Position numbers and translations under genes: made by a program. From Haplodiscus bocki (lineage: Eukaryota): a stretch of 64,000 nucleotides of DNA. The stretch covers positions 39,866,001 to 39,930,000 of the forward strand of contig OZ296652.1 of assembly GCA_965655095.1 (NCBI GenBank), given 5' to 3'. Of the stretch, positions 1 through 15,000 are shown one piece after another. The first letter of the stretch is position 1; the number at the start of each line of letters is the position of its first letter. The notes under the pieces were generated by a model. That model was not told the DNA's origin and made no database searches. It saw nothing but the letters and a program-made list of their open reading frames with translations.

Positions 1-448
1 TACTGACAGACAATCGTAGCCTCACCAGACTTCTACAAACATTTCCAGCGAGCCTTTGGATATGCGTGGACCATGTTCTGAACTTTTTTTTCGTCCTAGG
101 GCATCTTCCCGGCAAAGCCAATTTAGCGGCCGAATAGCTATCAGGAATACACATGAACCCGGAAACAAAACTACAACTGAAAATCCTTTGAAAACTTCAG
201 TGTGCGATGTTGACGTTATTATAACATTGCAGTCACCCGAAAATAGTTTGAATTTCGTTGAACAGCTCCCACCACTGATGGATTTAGATTTAATTCATGT
301 TAACGCCTCTGAGAAGCTTTGCATAAATGGTTTTCATCAAGGAACGCTCTAGATGATTTTAATTTATCCACTAAAATGGAACCACTGAGCTTAGCTGTAG
401 AACAAAATCAAGACAAAATATATGCATGATCATTGAATGGATGAGAAC

Positions 449-935
449 TAGTCGTTTTCCAGCTGCGTCGGCCCGTCTGCATCGTTCAATAAAAAATAAT
501 ACGAACATCGGAACATCCAACGTTCAAAGTTTTCTGATTTGTTGCCAAAAAAACTTCATAATGAGGGCGGAAAAAATATTTTAAACTATTATTACCGTAT
601 CATACGCATTCTACAGCAAGTTTACTAGCTTTAGCCATTTTTGAAAAAATTCAAGCTTTTATTCGAAAAACGCTATTTTTACCGTAGTTTACCCCAAGTT
701 TTGAACGTTCTGAGAATTCTTTTTAGTTCAGTCGCTTTCTGCAGCAAATTTGCTACAATTTGATGAAAAAACTTGACATTCAGACACGTGAACAACCGAT
801 GTTGGCTCGTTTAGCGCGAGCCCATATGGCAAACAGTGGGTATGAAAAAATGCACGTGTTTGAGGGGAGACCTTGCTTTCCATATTTTCAGCATGGCGCA
901 AATTAATAATTTCCCACTGTGTGTGAATCGACTTA
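449..935. mobile_element. Probable non-autonomous DNA transposon/MITE inserted in the relic element
   Basis: AT-rich non-coding block with weak inverted termini (TAGTCGTTTTCC / GTGAATCGACTTA) interrupting coding-like flanks. Confidence 0.25.
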
Positions 936-1999
936 CGTTACAGCCAAGAAAACCAAAATAGAATTTTGAAGACTTACCCGAGGTGACGTCAATTTGTTTC
1001 CGACCTGATCCTATAACCAAAATTTTCCTGAGGCAGAATCATTTGACAGACTTCCATGATTTATTGAATGAACCTAACTTAGACAAAAATGTCACGTTTG
1101 ATGATCAGCCTAACATCGTTTGTTACGTCTATGGCTGTAAGACGCCCCGGCCTGAAGATCCACCTAACCCAAAAACACGGTCAATAGGAGGATCAATGCG
1201 CGTTGTTTCTTCACGAATTTCTTACACAGTTGACATGATAAATTCCGGTACCTCAGCTACAGGCAGTGGATTTTCGATACCACCTGGTTTTGAGCAAGAC
1301 AAGTGTTTCCACAGAAACCCCATTATTCAATGAAATTTCAGCGGCAGTCTTTTCTAATGACACTTCAGCGTTCAATACAGGAGTTAGCCGATGTTTATCA
1401 CTTCCAGGTTAACCAGGCAGTTGTCCTAATTACCAGATGAATGGATTGCCTTCAGAACATCCAAATGTTTCGTTTTGCAAGACAAATCGATTCTAAAGAC
1501 TTTGAAGGGTTCGATGAGAGCGATTTGCAGTGTATAGCTTTGAAAATTCAATATCGTTTGAATGCAGACTCGAAACCAGTTGTTTCAACTCACAGAAGAC
1601 AGGAAAACGTAATCACTTTAGCTCAAAGTCCAAGGGTTGAACCCAAATTAGATCAGCTCTCTAATTTACAAAATATCCTCAATTAAAGGGTATCAGACAA
1701 ACAAGCATGAAAATGTCAGAATTTCCTTTCAGAGCTTCAGCAAGTACCACTGTTGCTCAAGCATTTACATCATCCTCAGTGAGGTTACTTCATTCAAACG
1801 TCATGTCACCAGCTCAAGTGTCGGACTTCATAACTTATTCAAAAGTAACAGCGAATTCAATTATGCCACTGATCACCGAATCAGCGGTCAGCACGGAAAC
1901 TGGATGCCATCTGAGGAAGTCACGCGTTTCGTATAAATTTTGTGGCAGTATTAGGAAATATTTCAATTTCTATCCATAGGTCGAAAACCAACTGAGCAG

Positions 2000-4265
2000 T
2001 CATCGAGAAAAAGTTCATATTACAATTTTCTCACTATATAATTACACCAGTTCCAGGTGAATATTGGAATGATCTTTTGATCATTCCACTGGATAAACTA
2101 CAGATTAAGACTTCTCCTACTTTTGATCGTCTTTTTCGATCTTAGTGCATCAGTTCATAACAACACTCATTGTAGGAATTTTGTTCAACTACCACCAAAC
2201 CATCCTGCTTGCGGAAATATTTGTGAACATTCAATTTGTCAGCTTCATTCGTAGGGATAGAAAACGTTGGGAAACACCCTCACTTCGGTTGCCAACTTGA
2301 ATTCTCGAACATTATTCAAACCAACGTGTCCACGAAATGGTTCTAGGAAGAAGCCAAGCACGAATATCACGTGTCTCAACCTGCCGCGACTTCGAATCGA
2401 TTTTTCGGAATTGTATCCTACCTATCCGACCGCATATCCCAGAGGATCAAAAAGAGCTGCTCCGCTACTTGCAGTTGCCGGACTCGCATGCCTAGGCTTT
2501 GGAGTTGGATCGAAATGCTTCATGAGAGAAATTTTTAGTGGATGTGAAGCAATGGTTGAAGCGAGTCGAAAAGCAATCAAAAACACTATTGAACATTTGA
2601 GTTCAATCCAAACGGAATGGGAACTAATGTTGAGCATCATCAACGACAAATTCTCTTTCATCAGAACTGAACCTCTTGAACTTCACACAACACAAAACCA
2701 ACTTGTTGAGATTCAGAGTGGGAACACAATGTCAATGAAGGACTTGTTTGAAATCCTCGACGGCAGTTTCATCATGATGCGCAACTGAGACCAGTTTCTG
2801 TACGTCCGGGAGGAGACCAATCGCCGATAGGCAGTCCTGAATTTTGTTCTATCTTGTTTGAATTCCACTGTTTTGGTTGTAAAGTTATCGTTTTTTTTCT
2901 ATATACTTTCGGTATATCTCATTACTGCTTTTGGCCCTACTGTCAATGGTTTTCACCTTTCTATCATTCACCAAATCTTTTTGCGAAAAATTTTACAAGG
3001 CGTGTTGGGGGGAAATGATTTGAGAACTGGACTAACACTTGCGATCCCTTTTGCTTTTTTTAATGACTTAATACGAAACGAAACAAATCATATCGTCTGA
3101 CTTCGGCCTACTTTTTTCAAAAGGACTTCAATTTGCCTCTCATTCTACCGTTTTGAATGTTTAGCATGCCATCCGTGTATTCATGCCTGATCCGAACTCT
3201 TCAAAAGCATTTGTTTGGGATATTAAAAATGACTATATAGGCGTAACCCTCAACGGTCACGAAGCTGCCTTACTTTCACAACATGATGTGGCATAATGCA
3301 TTAAAGGTTGATTGCATATCCAGCATGCTACTCTGGTTTTGCCATGGAAAAATCGAAAGTTGTTTGAAGACAATATATATTGAAAGTTCCATCGAAACTC
3401 TTCAAGCTTGCACGATCAAACCGCTGTTACTACCATTGAAAGAAAAAGTTAGAAAGTGTTGGTCAGGGACCTTAGCTAATAACTAGCGCATCGCTAGGTT
3501 TCTTTCTCATTCAGACCACGAATGATTGGTCCGCCTCTTCCAGGAAAGTGGTACGAAAAAAAAAAGATGTAAAGTGTGTCTTGTCACTTTGCCTTGCTTG
3601 AGAACTTAGAAGGGCCTAACTTCCCTCGTAGATCTGCTTAAGCGATACTTTCCTCACAGGAACTAAAAGGAACGAAATCTCCTTGCCGACTCACTTTTGC
3701 AATCCTTTTGTTAAAGCTACCGCAACTGAATGAGATGCCTCATGTTTTTGATGAAAACACAGCGAAATCCCATGTACTTGAAAAGGTTCAATTTGAGCTT
3801 TCACAGATCCCAGAAACCAACGCCCTGATTTGTGAGAAAAAAAATAGCTCCTCTAATGATCTCAGAAATAACTAGTTTCAATGCACAGTTTCCATCAAAT
3901 TTTGACAAGACGGTCCAATGCTACGTACTTGATTTTCGCCATCATCTCACTAATAGTTTCTTTTGGAGCCCATACCTTCTTTGCCTATCTTCTGCAAAAT
4001 TACCAGGAAGTTCACTGCCGCTTTCGGTTCCGATTGCACTTCGTTGATCGCTAATTCAAAACCCGACCTGTGGCAGTTGTTTCTTCTAACGATTGGGAAT
4101 TTTTGCAGCAGCGCCCCGATCATCCCCTTCTCAAAGCCTCACATAATTTGCAACCGTATGGAAAGCGATCAACACTACGTCGCTTGTTCTGTTAAGACGC
4201 CCACAGCAGCTGTTCCTTTAAACTTGCACTTATACGTGAAAATTGCTTGTTCTTCGACCATGTAA
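2000..4265 (+). pseudogene. env: Degraded env-like (F-type fusion glycoprotein) gene of an old LTR retroelement
   Basis: ORF 2267-2788 has a basic cleavage site followed by a hydrophobic fusion peptide (RGSKR|AAPLLAVAGLACLGFG), then C..IFSGC and INDKFSFIRTE, aligning by eye with RQRR|LIPALMAASGAAGLILG...C..LSTFKLC...NDRKFFFLGSE of the env at 33557-35950. Later broken frames (WDIKNDYIGVT, SCLKTIY..LQACTIKPLLLP, CKVCLVTLPC) match YQFRHDYLAIA, LCLTSLFY..LRNCHVESVLLP and CQACVIRPGC. Many stops and frameshifts; boundaries approximate. Confidence 0.75.
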
Positions 4266-4465
4266 TAACAACAAAAAACATTTTCTTTTTTCTTAACGAA
4301 GGTTCTTCGTTGATTTCTTTTTGCATCTTTCCCACCCCCCCCCCCTCAAAAATACCTGGCCCTTCTCAGTGGGAATTATTTGGGCAGATTAAGACCCCCT
4401 GAGAGGGGGGGGGCAAAAGAAGCAACCCCGAAATTAACAAAGACAAGTTGGGCAGGTGAACTATC

Positions 4466-4897
4466 TGTTTAACAGTCAGAAACTGACGTAGTTGAACCAA
4501 GCAAGCCTTCAACAATTCGTACATTCTGTGGGTGCACTTGGGTCGAAAGCCACACACAAGCAAATTAATAGCAAGAGAACTAACAAGAAGACGGATTGGT
4601 CATTTTTTTCACAAATAGTTGCATGGATTGTTAGGAGTTTAAATAATGACTCCCCAAGCAAATCCTTACATTTCCACCCAAAATCTTTGGTTCAGGTTTT
4701 GCAAAAACCCCTTTATGCTTCACGTGGCTAGATTTTAGTAATCAGTATCCTATTCCTATAAACTTTTGCTTTCAATCGAAATTGTTTATTCCTATTTTTG
4801 TTTTCTTCCTTCCTTCCTTTCTTTCTTCGTATCTTTTATGGAGTTGACAAGTATGGCTTCTTTTATTTTGATTCAATTGCTAAGGACTATGAAGACA
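4466..4897 (+). repeat. Candidate 3' LTR of the degraded env-bearing element
   Basis: Starts TGTTTAACAGTC and ends GACTATGAAGACA (TG...CA, imperfect terminal inverted repeat), directly downstream of the env relic and a purine-rich tract. No partner LTR in the window. Confidence 0.35.
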
Positions 4898-6009
4898 AAA
4901 AATAATTAAGCAGATTTAGAAATTTCAGTCTGTTGAAGCTTTCAACCCTTTCTACCTTCTACGGAAGCAGTCGAACCTTCGCTTTCGCGTCTTCAGCCCA
5001 CCCACCAGGTAATCTTAGCTGCCGCTCCCTCGGTCACTGGATCTAGTACGGAACGATACTTCAATGACGCAGCCTTTGGGGGTATCTCCTGTCTCCTCTT
5101 CAGCCCAGCGGACAACAAGTTTGAACCCTCAATATAGCCTGCCAAAACGTTGTGGCACATTAATTGTGGTACGAATACAGGATCGTTGACCTGCTGTATA
5201 TAATACAAAGTTTTCTAAACATTACCTTTGACTTTTTCAGAAATTTATTCAAGTTTCCAGCTCTTCCGAATGCGGAATCTTACGATCTGCTTCCAATGAA
5301 AATGAGAAGCCTTATTTTTCTCCTCTTTGTTGGCACTGATAAAATTGGCAAGCCTGTGTCTGGGTCCTCATCGACATGTAATCGTTGTAAGTCTTTTCCG
5401 GACAATCATAGCATACTGGGATCCGACTACAAATCAGCAGCCACACCGTGAAACAGGAACGACCTTGGTTCGCTGGATGGCCTTTTGTCCCCATTATGGA
5501 GATGGGGATAAATTGCCTCTAATACTTCGGTGGCCTCATGAAATTTGTCCTTCTTTACGCTGCCCTCGCTCAGCAGTTGTGACTTCAGCTCACTTCCAGT
5601 ACTATGCAACTCCGCCTTCGTCCGAGTTGCCTTTTTCTTGTACTCGATGAGTGGCTTTTTCACCACCTCTGGCAGAACGGCTTTCCCGATCAATTTCAAC
5701 AACTTAACGTACCTGCTCTACTTTGCTATTTTTCAACCAGTTGTCAAATTCTTTCAACTTTCTGATCTCTGTCGCAGCTCACATTTTCAAGCTTCACTTT
5801 ATCTGTCAGAAAATTAAACATTTTTTCAAAAAAATTGGGAGTGTCATGACATAGAGGCCATGAACTTTGCACGGCGTTTTAACGTTGTTATTGACGCCTC
5901 ATAAACGTTCTGTGTAAAACTTGTCTTGAGAGATGCCATATTTGTATAAGTAAAATTATTATTCTATGAAAGAATGTTCATGGATGGAATAACTATAAAT
6001 TTGGACTAA

Positions 6010-9000
6010 ATGGACAAATTGATCAAGAGAAAATCTTCATCTCTCAAACAATTTGCTCTGTGCGTCTCTCTTCGAGTTCAGACAGTAGGCGGTTCTTTCA
6101 GTTCGCCCTGCAACCGGTAACAGAAATAGTTGAAGACTTTTAGGCAAAGTCTTCAGACATGTGTTAGAGAATTTTGCAATGATTATCAGAAGCAGAATGT
6201 TCAGTTTTGATCTTTAACGTAGAGAGGGAAATCTTGGATGCAACGTCGTTTTTTTAGTTGTTGCAGCGAAATTGCTTTTCTGATTAGTGTTCATCCTATT
6301 TCAAAAAACAAGTTCACTTTTTCATGATTCCTATGAACTTGTTGTTCAACTTGAAATTATCAAAAAAAAGGAAGCGTAAAATTATGTTTCCAACTGTATA
6401 CACTATAAAAAAATGGCTCAGGTAAATTTACATGAAAAAGCAGGCAAATTTACTTGCGTCCCGCATTTATTTCAACCTACGGTACATGAAATAGCAGGTG
6501 ATTTTACGTGCTAATCCGCGGCAAGGTCAACATGAGTTTTACAGGTAATTCTATTGTCGGGTGAAATTTTAAAAACTTCGGTAAAATTTCGCGCTAGCAT
6601 AGTTTTTTTCGGAAGGTTTTAGATATTTTTGTGAAACACGACGAGGCCAGATTTATTGAGGTCTCGTATGACAACGTTCAAGGTGTCATGTTCAACCTAA
6701 CCCCATAGGTAGGAAAAAGTTGACCTACTCCAGTAAAAAGCAAAGAGAAGAAAGATGAGTTCAAAACAAAAACATCCCGACATGACCCAATACTATGACA
6801 TCTTCATGTCGGCATTTTTGGGAATATCAATATTCTCTGCAATTTAGCAGTCAATGTCTACAATATCTAGTCAATCTCGACGCTCTCCCATTTCCTAGAG
6901 TTGAATGAGAAGAAGTGAGGAGAGTGAAATTTTTAGGCTTTAAATATGGTCTTCAACAACCTAGACTACATTATGGTAATTTCTCAGGTACCAATATCTT
7001 GTTAGACAGCATGTAAAATTCTAGAGATTACCTGCGAAAACCGCAGGTTATCAATACTGGCGGAAAAATTTACCTGCATCTGGTAATTTTACCTGCGGGC
7101 GTCGTAGACAATTTTGCTTTGCCATTTTTACAGTGTATTGCAAAATTTTAAAACCATTGGGGAAACATCGGACTTTTCCACCAGTGTGCTTTACCGTGAA
7201 TATGCTTTTAGGAAGCAATTGGAGGTTTTCTACTTTGACAACGGAGACGGGGATGATACTTTACATATAACATGTTTGTTGCAGTGCCAGACTTTGGTAG
7301 TATATGGTTTCATCGGGTTAATATTCGAGGACATATTTTCAGTTGATTGCTGCCACCGTTTTGCTGCATGACTTACTCAATCTTTCATTTTCAGTCGTGT
7401 CCCAGCCTACGGAGAGCTGAGGGAGATATTGCTTGCAATATGGAGACTTCAGCTGGCCGACTACAGTGCAATTGCACCTCTGCTGGAAGAGATATTGGAA
7501 TTTTGTGGGCATAATCCAATTGCCATCTACTCCTTTGAGGTTAATTAATCACAATATTCATGGTCTAGTACAAGAGAATGTTCTGTTGAAGGGTTGGATC
7601 TCTCGTTTTACGTACGGAATAATCAGTATGATACGTTTTGTATAGGGCTGTGCAATTCATTGAATTGAAATTCGATTCTTTTCCGCTGCATTGAATTGAA
7701 TTGACTAAATCATCGCGAATTGAACATTTGAATATTTCAGTTCAGTTCGTTAAGAATATTTGTGACAACAAAAAAGTGTCATTCAACAGCAAAAATTTTT
7801 GTGTGTCCAGATTGGATTAAAATTTGGGGACGCAAATTGACATTGGACATCAAAAACTTACCTTTTTTGAATTTAAAGTTTGGCAGAAAATTACGATAGG
7901 ATACGCGAGAGCAAATTTTTTCATAAGTGATGCTTTTGTAAGAAAAATACTGGATAGTTTTGGAAATTTCAAGAATGTGAATTGAATAGCAGTTCATATC
8001 AGCAAATTGAATTCGAATTGAACTGAAATTTTTTTCCCATAAATTGCCTAATTTCTATCACATATCGATCCGTCACTACTAGTTTTGTGGGCACTAGCAT
8101 GCGACAAAGTAGTCATTAGCTAGATACGAAACCAAGGTAATGGTACGGAATCGAACCGCAAATCTTTAATATTCACAGCTGGATACCTGATTCCTTGGTT
8201 CAGCTGCCAGGAAAGACTTGTAGATAGTGAGGTTTGTTTTTAGGCATTAACCGAAAATTTAAGGCTTATTGCTTGTACTTTTTCTTGGCAAATCGGAAAA
8301 GAAACGGCAGAATGATAAATCGTCTAGTAAGTAGTTCATGTTGTTTACAACAAAGATACGGTGGCGTGAAAGCAGTTTGTTGACTATTTTTTACATTTTT
8401 GAATGATGATGAGTTCCTTGAGTCTGATCAACTGTCAGAAGTTATTTGGCTCAAGTTTCTTCTTCAGCATGTGTTGCAAAGTCTCCCCTTTGTTTTTGTG
8501 TATTGAATTTATATTTCGCCGCAATTTCGTTGCCTGTTGACTGGCTAATTTCTTCAAACGTACTAAGAGAGATAACACTGAAGTTTCCCTATTTATAGAG
8601 CTCTTTTCTTTATTTTACAGATGATGTGAGTTGCAATTTTCAACAAATGATCATGTCAAGTATTTTCTAACTGCTATTTATGTAATTGCTCCTTCATGGC
8701 TCCATTGTATTTGTAATCTTTTGTCTTCAAACTTTAAATGCTGCATCTTATCTTGGGGAATATTGAAAATTTCAAAACATCTTCATATTCGTTAAAAATA
8801 CTGGAGATATTCCTTATCTACTCAATGCTTTTGTTCATTTTTTTCATCTGATGACTGAAGAGAATTCTAGTTCGAATTGAATGTTTGCTTCTTGTCAAGT
8901 TGCCTTTAATTGGAGATTCTCTACGTCATTTTAAAATGAAATGAGCAGAAATCGTCTCATTCTTTGTCCTGTTTTAGAGTAATTTACATCCAGCGTTCAA

Positions 9001-12000
9001 AGTTAAGGCCAAGAGGAACAGATTAGAAGATACGGTAATGATTAAATTTATATTGAACCAATCCCATTTATTTTTTTTCTGTAAGGTTGATAAATTGGTT
9101 TTAGGAGCTTGTCGAACTTTTTTCCAGAATAGAGGCTGAAAATGTGGTGGAGATATTTTGCGCGTAAGGTTCTCACAACTATCTTTGTCAAATCAATGTT
9201 GCTTGGTTTCTTGGATAATTTTAATATGTCTGCTATTTTTGTTTCAGTATGCTCTTAGAAAGTACAATCATAGTTTCATCAGCGCGACTGGATTGGATAT
9301 CGAGTTGTATGATCCTCTTACACAAACTTTTCCGACCATTCAAATGGTATGTGAAAATGAAATTTCTATCAAATCAGTCAAAGATAGTATGTCACCAAAA
9401 AAGCTGTACAGTTTAGTTTGACTATCTCTCGAACGATTCATTTTACTGTAAAAAAAATTAGGACTCAAACAAGCCGAGAAAGCTTAGAGTTGGCGCGGAA
9501 AAATCGGCTGTAAAACGGGCTATCACGAAAAGGGGGTAATTTCATTTCTGGGTCAGGGTTTGGAGTGGCTGGAAATAAATTAAGACATTTTCAATGTATC
9601 ATTGTTTCCGTTTTTAATATCCAAGCCGATGTTATTGATATTATAGGGACGACGGTGACCTTTTTTTTCCAGACATGACATAAGTGCAATAGGACTATTC
9701 TGCCTCCCTTGTCATTGCTTGCAACCTCACCACTGCTGCTTGGTTCCACTTAGTTAGAAATTTTCACCCATTTTACGTAGGGAATAATCTAAATCAATAG
9801 ACAAACACATTTTCCCAACTTTTTCACCACATTTGCTGAACTAAAAGTTGGCATAAATGGGCCATATGGCTTTTGGTGCGTACTAAGGTGCACCTTTGTT
9901 CTGCAAAGAGCGCAAATTTTAGTTTTCAAATGTGAAATGATAGGTGATTTAAATGTTAATGCTCAATTCTTTCGTCCTTTTGCCTACCAAAAAGTCTTTC
10001 CTCAGAGTTGAGTTTCCTCAAGTTATGACAACCGTACATTTCTCAGAACCGTACTATTTTTCGTCTTTTCCAATTTGAGGGAAATCCTGTTTTTTTTTCT
10101 CTTCTGCTTTTTGCTTTCTCGGCCATCTTTCAACTACGGAACCAGCGTATTATATTACAATTTGAATTTTGAAGAGTTTTTCAAGAATTGGAAACTTCTA
10201 CTGAAAATGGTCCTAGTAGTTTTTCACAATAGTGAAAGAGATACCTAATTTTTCAAACTTTTGCGGAGTTCTTCGATGCTTCGCTTTATAAATCTGCTCT
10301 CTAGTTAGAAATCCGAGAAAAAGTCTTCGCTGAAGAAACAATTTAGGCAGACTTCAACAAAAATTTTAGTTGTTTGCTTGGAAAAATCTTCATTCATTGT
10401 GTTTCCAAGTCAGCAAAGATACATATTTTTTCGATATAATGTAAAATGTTTGCTGTTTTGTCTTCCAAATCAGCTTCATTACCACACATCTACTCAATCA
10501 AAACTTCCATACAAAAGAATAAAGTTTTTTTAAGAGCTCTCAAACTTCCTTTTGAATTGGTAATTTTGTTATTCTTAAAATCAGTCCGAAAAAACTCAGA
10601 GTCGAAAAAAATTTACAGTTCGTTTTTCTGGATTGACGTTTTTTTTGGAATTGAAGCCTTTTCCTTCCAATTTAACTTTTGTTTTTTTTTTGGCTGTAAA
10701 TTTAGCATGAAGCAGTGCAACAGAATATATTTTGAGGAGCTGTCTGATATCTTAAATTTTATCGAAAAGGGAGTTTCAGTACTTTAAACGAAGTCAAAAA
10801 TCGCTGACTTCGTGATTCATTCTATTTTTCGTACTTTTGACATCTGGATCAACTTTCCAGCTACTAGTCCATATGTAATCAATTCAAACATACATTTTGC
10901 TTTTTGAGCGGCTTTTTTATTTTCCCAGTTGCTTTTTTCCGCGATATATTGCTCTTTCGCTTTGCAAGTTAGCTTTTTTGCGACAACTTGGTTACAAGAC
11001 GATACGACTATGTATTTTTGCCAATTTTCTGTAAATTTCTTGCAAATTTTGGGAAATGCGTATTTGAGAACCCAAAATGTTTAACTAGTTTCGGCTTATA
11101 TTCTGAATTTTCGCTGTTCAAAATCAGTTTTAGATTTACAAATGCATTAAGTAGGATAAAAATGCTCTCGCTACTGTTACAAATCCCCTTTTCGACAATT
11201 GTTTCAAGCTTCAGTTTTGTTATAGGATGTATTTCAACCAAAAGAGAGCCTCATCGTGCCCTAGGATGCCATGTTTTTTATTTGGTAGCCTCAAAATGCG
11301 CGGTTTTCGTTTCTCGTGCTTCGATATTTTAGCTCCGGCAGGGGCCTATTTTGAGTTGTTTATGTCTTCAAGATATCCAAATTTGTCGATTTCAGTGGTC
11401 CTTTAAAAAAGTCACATCAAATATTTTTTAGAAGAGGAGAATAAAAGGTTATTGATTTTGGAATATCATTTGATTGGTGTTTTTAGGCATTAAGGGGAGT
11501 CTTTTGGTTTTACTTTTTCTTCGCAGTCAATAACAACTTTTAAACGCTTTGCATAAAGAATGAATTTGGAGCGATTAAAAGAAGTCTGTTTATACTCAGT
11601 TTTGGGACCTCTCGGATGTAAAATTCATTTTTCGCTAAATATAGCTGAGAAAGCTCACGTTTCCAGTTTTCATTTTCTTTATTTAACCTCGCGAAAATTT
11701 TTTGTAACCCTTTTTTGCTCACCTAAAAGATTTCTTCAATGAATTGCGATTTAGTGGCTGCCAAGTGATTCAAATTTTCCCTTAAATTTGTTCAATTTTA
11801 TTTTCATGATATTTTCATCTACCTATATAGGTATTAATTATCCGTCAGTTTACTCACTTCCTCGTTTTTTTTAACTATGCTGATTTGCTATTGCTTAAAT
11901 AATCCCTTGCGCCATGAATGACTATGTTTTAGGCAAAGATATTTGAACTGCCTGTTGCTTCTTGGTTGCATACTGTAGAGGAAAGACGAAACAAATATCT

Positions 12001-15000
12001 TTTCACGGAATTCATTGACCTGTAGTCCGTTTGAATTTTTAGATGAGCATTCATTTTGATGTGATCTTTTAGGACGCGCAACTATTTTCGATTTTTTCAA
12101 GGACGAAGTTAGGTCGTCAAAATAATTGGACAATTTACAGGAAGAGAATGCATCGTTCTCTTTCATCAATGCATACAACAAACATGATTAAAATTTTTCG
12201 TCTGTTTTTTCAAAAGAAATCGATTCGTGTTACTTTCTATGGGAATTACATGGCGTCAAAGGACAAAAGGATCAGCTGAAACTGATGTAGTTTGTTAGCT
12301 TTTATGGAAATCACTATTTAAAAGGTGCCGTAGTCGTTGCAATTGTGGCTTGTCATCCACTTGAAGACGCTATGTTTTTGGATGCTGAATGAAGTCAAGG
12401 TATATGTTGCTTCAAATGGGTGTTTTCAATGGGGTTTCTGTGTTGACAGGCAACGGGTCAAAATTCCGCTCCTTAGCCCTTCCATGGTACAAGTATGTAG
12501 GTAAGTTTAAACAAGTTGCATTTATTTATCTCGGATCTTGATGGACCTATAAACTTTGATTTTACTATTTTCGGAGTTCCATCATATGGGTTAGCGAAAA
12601 TGTATAATGGCTGACGGTGTTAATTTGTAGCAAGAAGGCAACTGTGGCTGTTTTACTCAATCAAACCGTTTTAATCGCCCTATTTAATTTCACTGTTAAA
12701 ACTTGTACTGCTTCCCTAATAGTCGAGAAATCAGCAAACATGTCACGCTAGCGAGTGCGCTACGAAATTTGGGCATCAGACGGACTCTTTAATGGACAAT
12801 TTTAGCTGAAGTCAAGGGAACCAGTTCGAGCCGCGGTAGCTCATAATTTATGACTCCTGTCTTTCTGAATTGATTTGAATTGAATTGAACTCCTGGACAA
12901 AGCGAAGCCTCGATCGTTTTTTTTCGGAAATCAATTTTTTCAGAATACCAAAATTTGTTGCTGAGCGAAAGTCATCACAATGCAAATTACAAAGCAACTT
13001 TTGTGACACTTTTCTTGTTTGAGTAAATGAAGTTGAAATTATCGTTACGATGAGTTAAATTGTCAACAACATACGGTCACTAGAGAACGTTTGAAACGGG
13101 AGTTTATATTAGACAAACAATGTGACTGGTTTTGACTTAGGGGGTGTATATGGAACAGTGGAACATGCTGTCTGTCAGAAATTTTGTTCGGGAGATGCGA
13201 ACAAGTTCGAGAACAGTGTTTGGGAATATTGCATCGGAGTATTTAGCTACTGTGACAAGTCACCCATATTTAGGCATACTTTTAGTCAAATCTTTTGTGT
13301 AGGAGAAAAAGTGCCCGACTATTACAGTGGCTTTTGTTTTTTTCTTTAGGACCGTCAAAATCGACGAAATTACCGTTGCTGTTAGATGCTGCGGCAAGAC
13401 CTGGCTCTCAGAAACTTATCCCGAAACCATCCGCAGATGGATGAATTGAAGCACCTCCGCGGGTGCTAAAACTCGTTGCAATTAAAGATTGTGTCATTCC
13501 ACTGGCTGTTCATAATGTTTTTCTTCCGTAAGACGCCAAAACGAACCTTGCTGTTCATCTGTTCATGTGGTTGCTGTTTCTTTCTGGTGATTTTCTCCTC
13601 GCTTTTCAATTAATTTAAAGTATCATTGAGTGCGTTTTCGGAAAAAAATCGTTCGCCAGTGAATACACAAAGATTTCCGTACATTTTGAAAAAAAAATCA
13701 TTTTTCCAAACACAACAGAACTGTTTGGGAGTACAGGAGGGACCATACGGAGCATCATAGTAGCGGTGACAGCGCACAACCCAAAGAGATTCCGAAGTCT
13801 CCGTCTTGGGCGGCTATGTATTTCTATCGAAGCTGTAGTCAGAAAAAATGCCAGAATGCGCAGGGAAACTACAATTGAGTCACCTGACAACTTTCAGAGG
13901 GAAACGGCTTACTCTGATTCCACCCACATATCCATAATCCACACTATGGGAATGTCAGTTCCACAGAGCTAAACATCTAACATGAAGCCAGTGGCAGGGC
14001 GATATTTTCTATCAAAAAGGAAATTTTTTTATCCGTGTAGAGTCTTCTATCAGTAGAAAGCTGTCGCTTTTTTATGGAAGAAATTCAACTGGTACATCTG
14101 GAAAATTTGAGTTTAAATTTCGAGAAAAGGCAAATAATTGCCGTTTTGGCATTTTGGACCTATCAGGTTTCCAATGCAATGCGCATTACGCTTCTTTCGT
14201 TATCAAATATGCACCAACAAATAGCTGTCGATTGAGAACTTCATGAAAGAAATCAAGGTGGTAGATTTGGAGGAACTTAGGAATTTGAATATCGTGAAGA
14301 GGCATAACTATTGAGCGTTTTTTGGCATATTCGACCTATCAGGGATCCGATGCAGACAGTCTTTTCTTTATGATGTGTTAATCAAATGTGCTTCTCAATT
14401 AAGAACTGCTGTTTGAGGTCTTGATTGAAGTAATACAGCCAGTAGTTTAAGCGAAATGTGAGTTTGAACTTTTCGAAAAATCAATTCTAAATCCTATTTT
14501 AGTACTTGCCGCCCTGCAGGATTCCAATGCAAGAAACTGAATCGATGATTTTCCATTTAAATAATTTCCTGAAACTTGTTTGTCAGTTGGGACGTCGTCG
14601 ATAATACAAATCCAACTGGTTATTTTAGAAGAAAATGAGTTTGCATAAGCAGCAGAATCGTAATTAGTTGCACCCTTTTGCGTAATTGGATCAACAAGTT
14701 GTCGATGCAAGTAACGACGTCTTGAAATTTCTGTACTGTAGAGGCCAGAGTGAAAACAAGAATTTGAAAAATATAAGTTGTTGTTCAGGAAAAAAACTCA
14801 GAACTTTGATATACAAATCGCTTGCTATCGTTAATTTTATTAGTTTTTCAGGTAGGGTAGAATGTGAGAGCAAGTTTGCTAAAAGATGGGGCTGTTTTGC
14901 TTAAACTTAAGACTCCTTCATCAAAACTTTCGAAAAACTTTTGTGAAAGAGACTTGCGATGAAATCATAAAAATATCGGCTCATCGAGGATTCGAACCTG

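Noticed and set aside
4993-5817. Coding-looking minus-strand ORFs
   Set aside because: Broken by stops and no family recognised; cannot support a product call.
10140-12200. Lys/Glu-rich coiled-coil-like relic antisense in a DENN intron
   Set aside because: Heavily interrupted with no identifiable domain.
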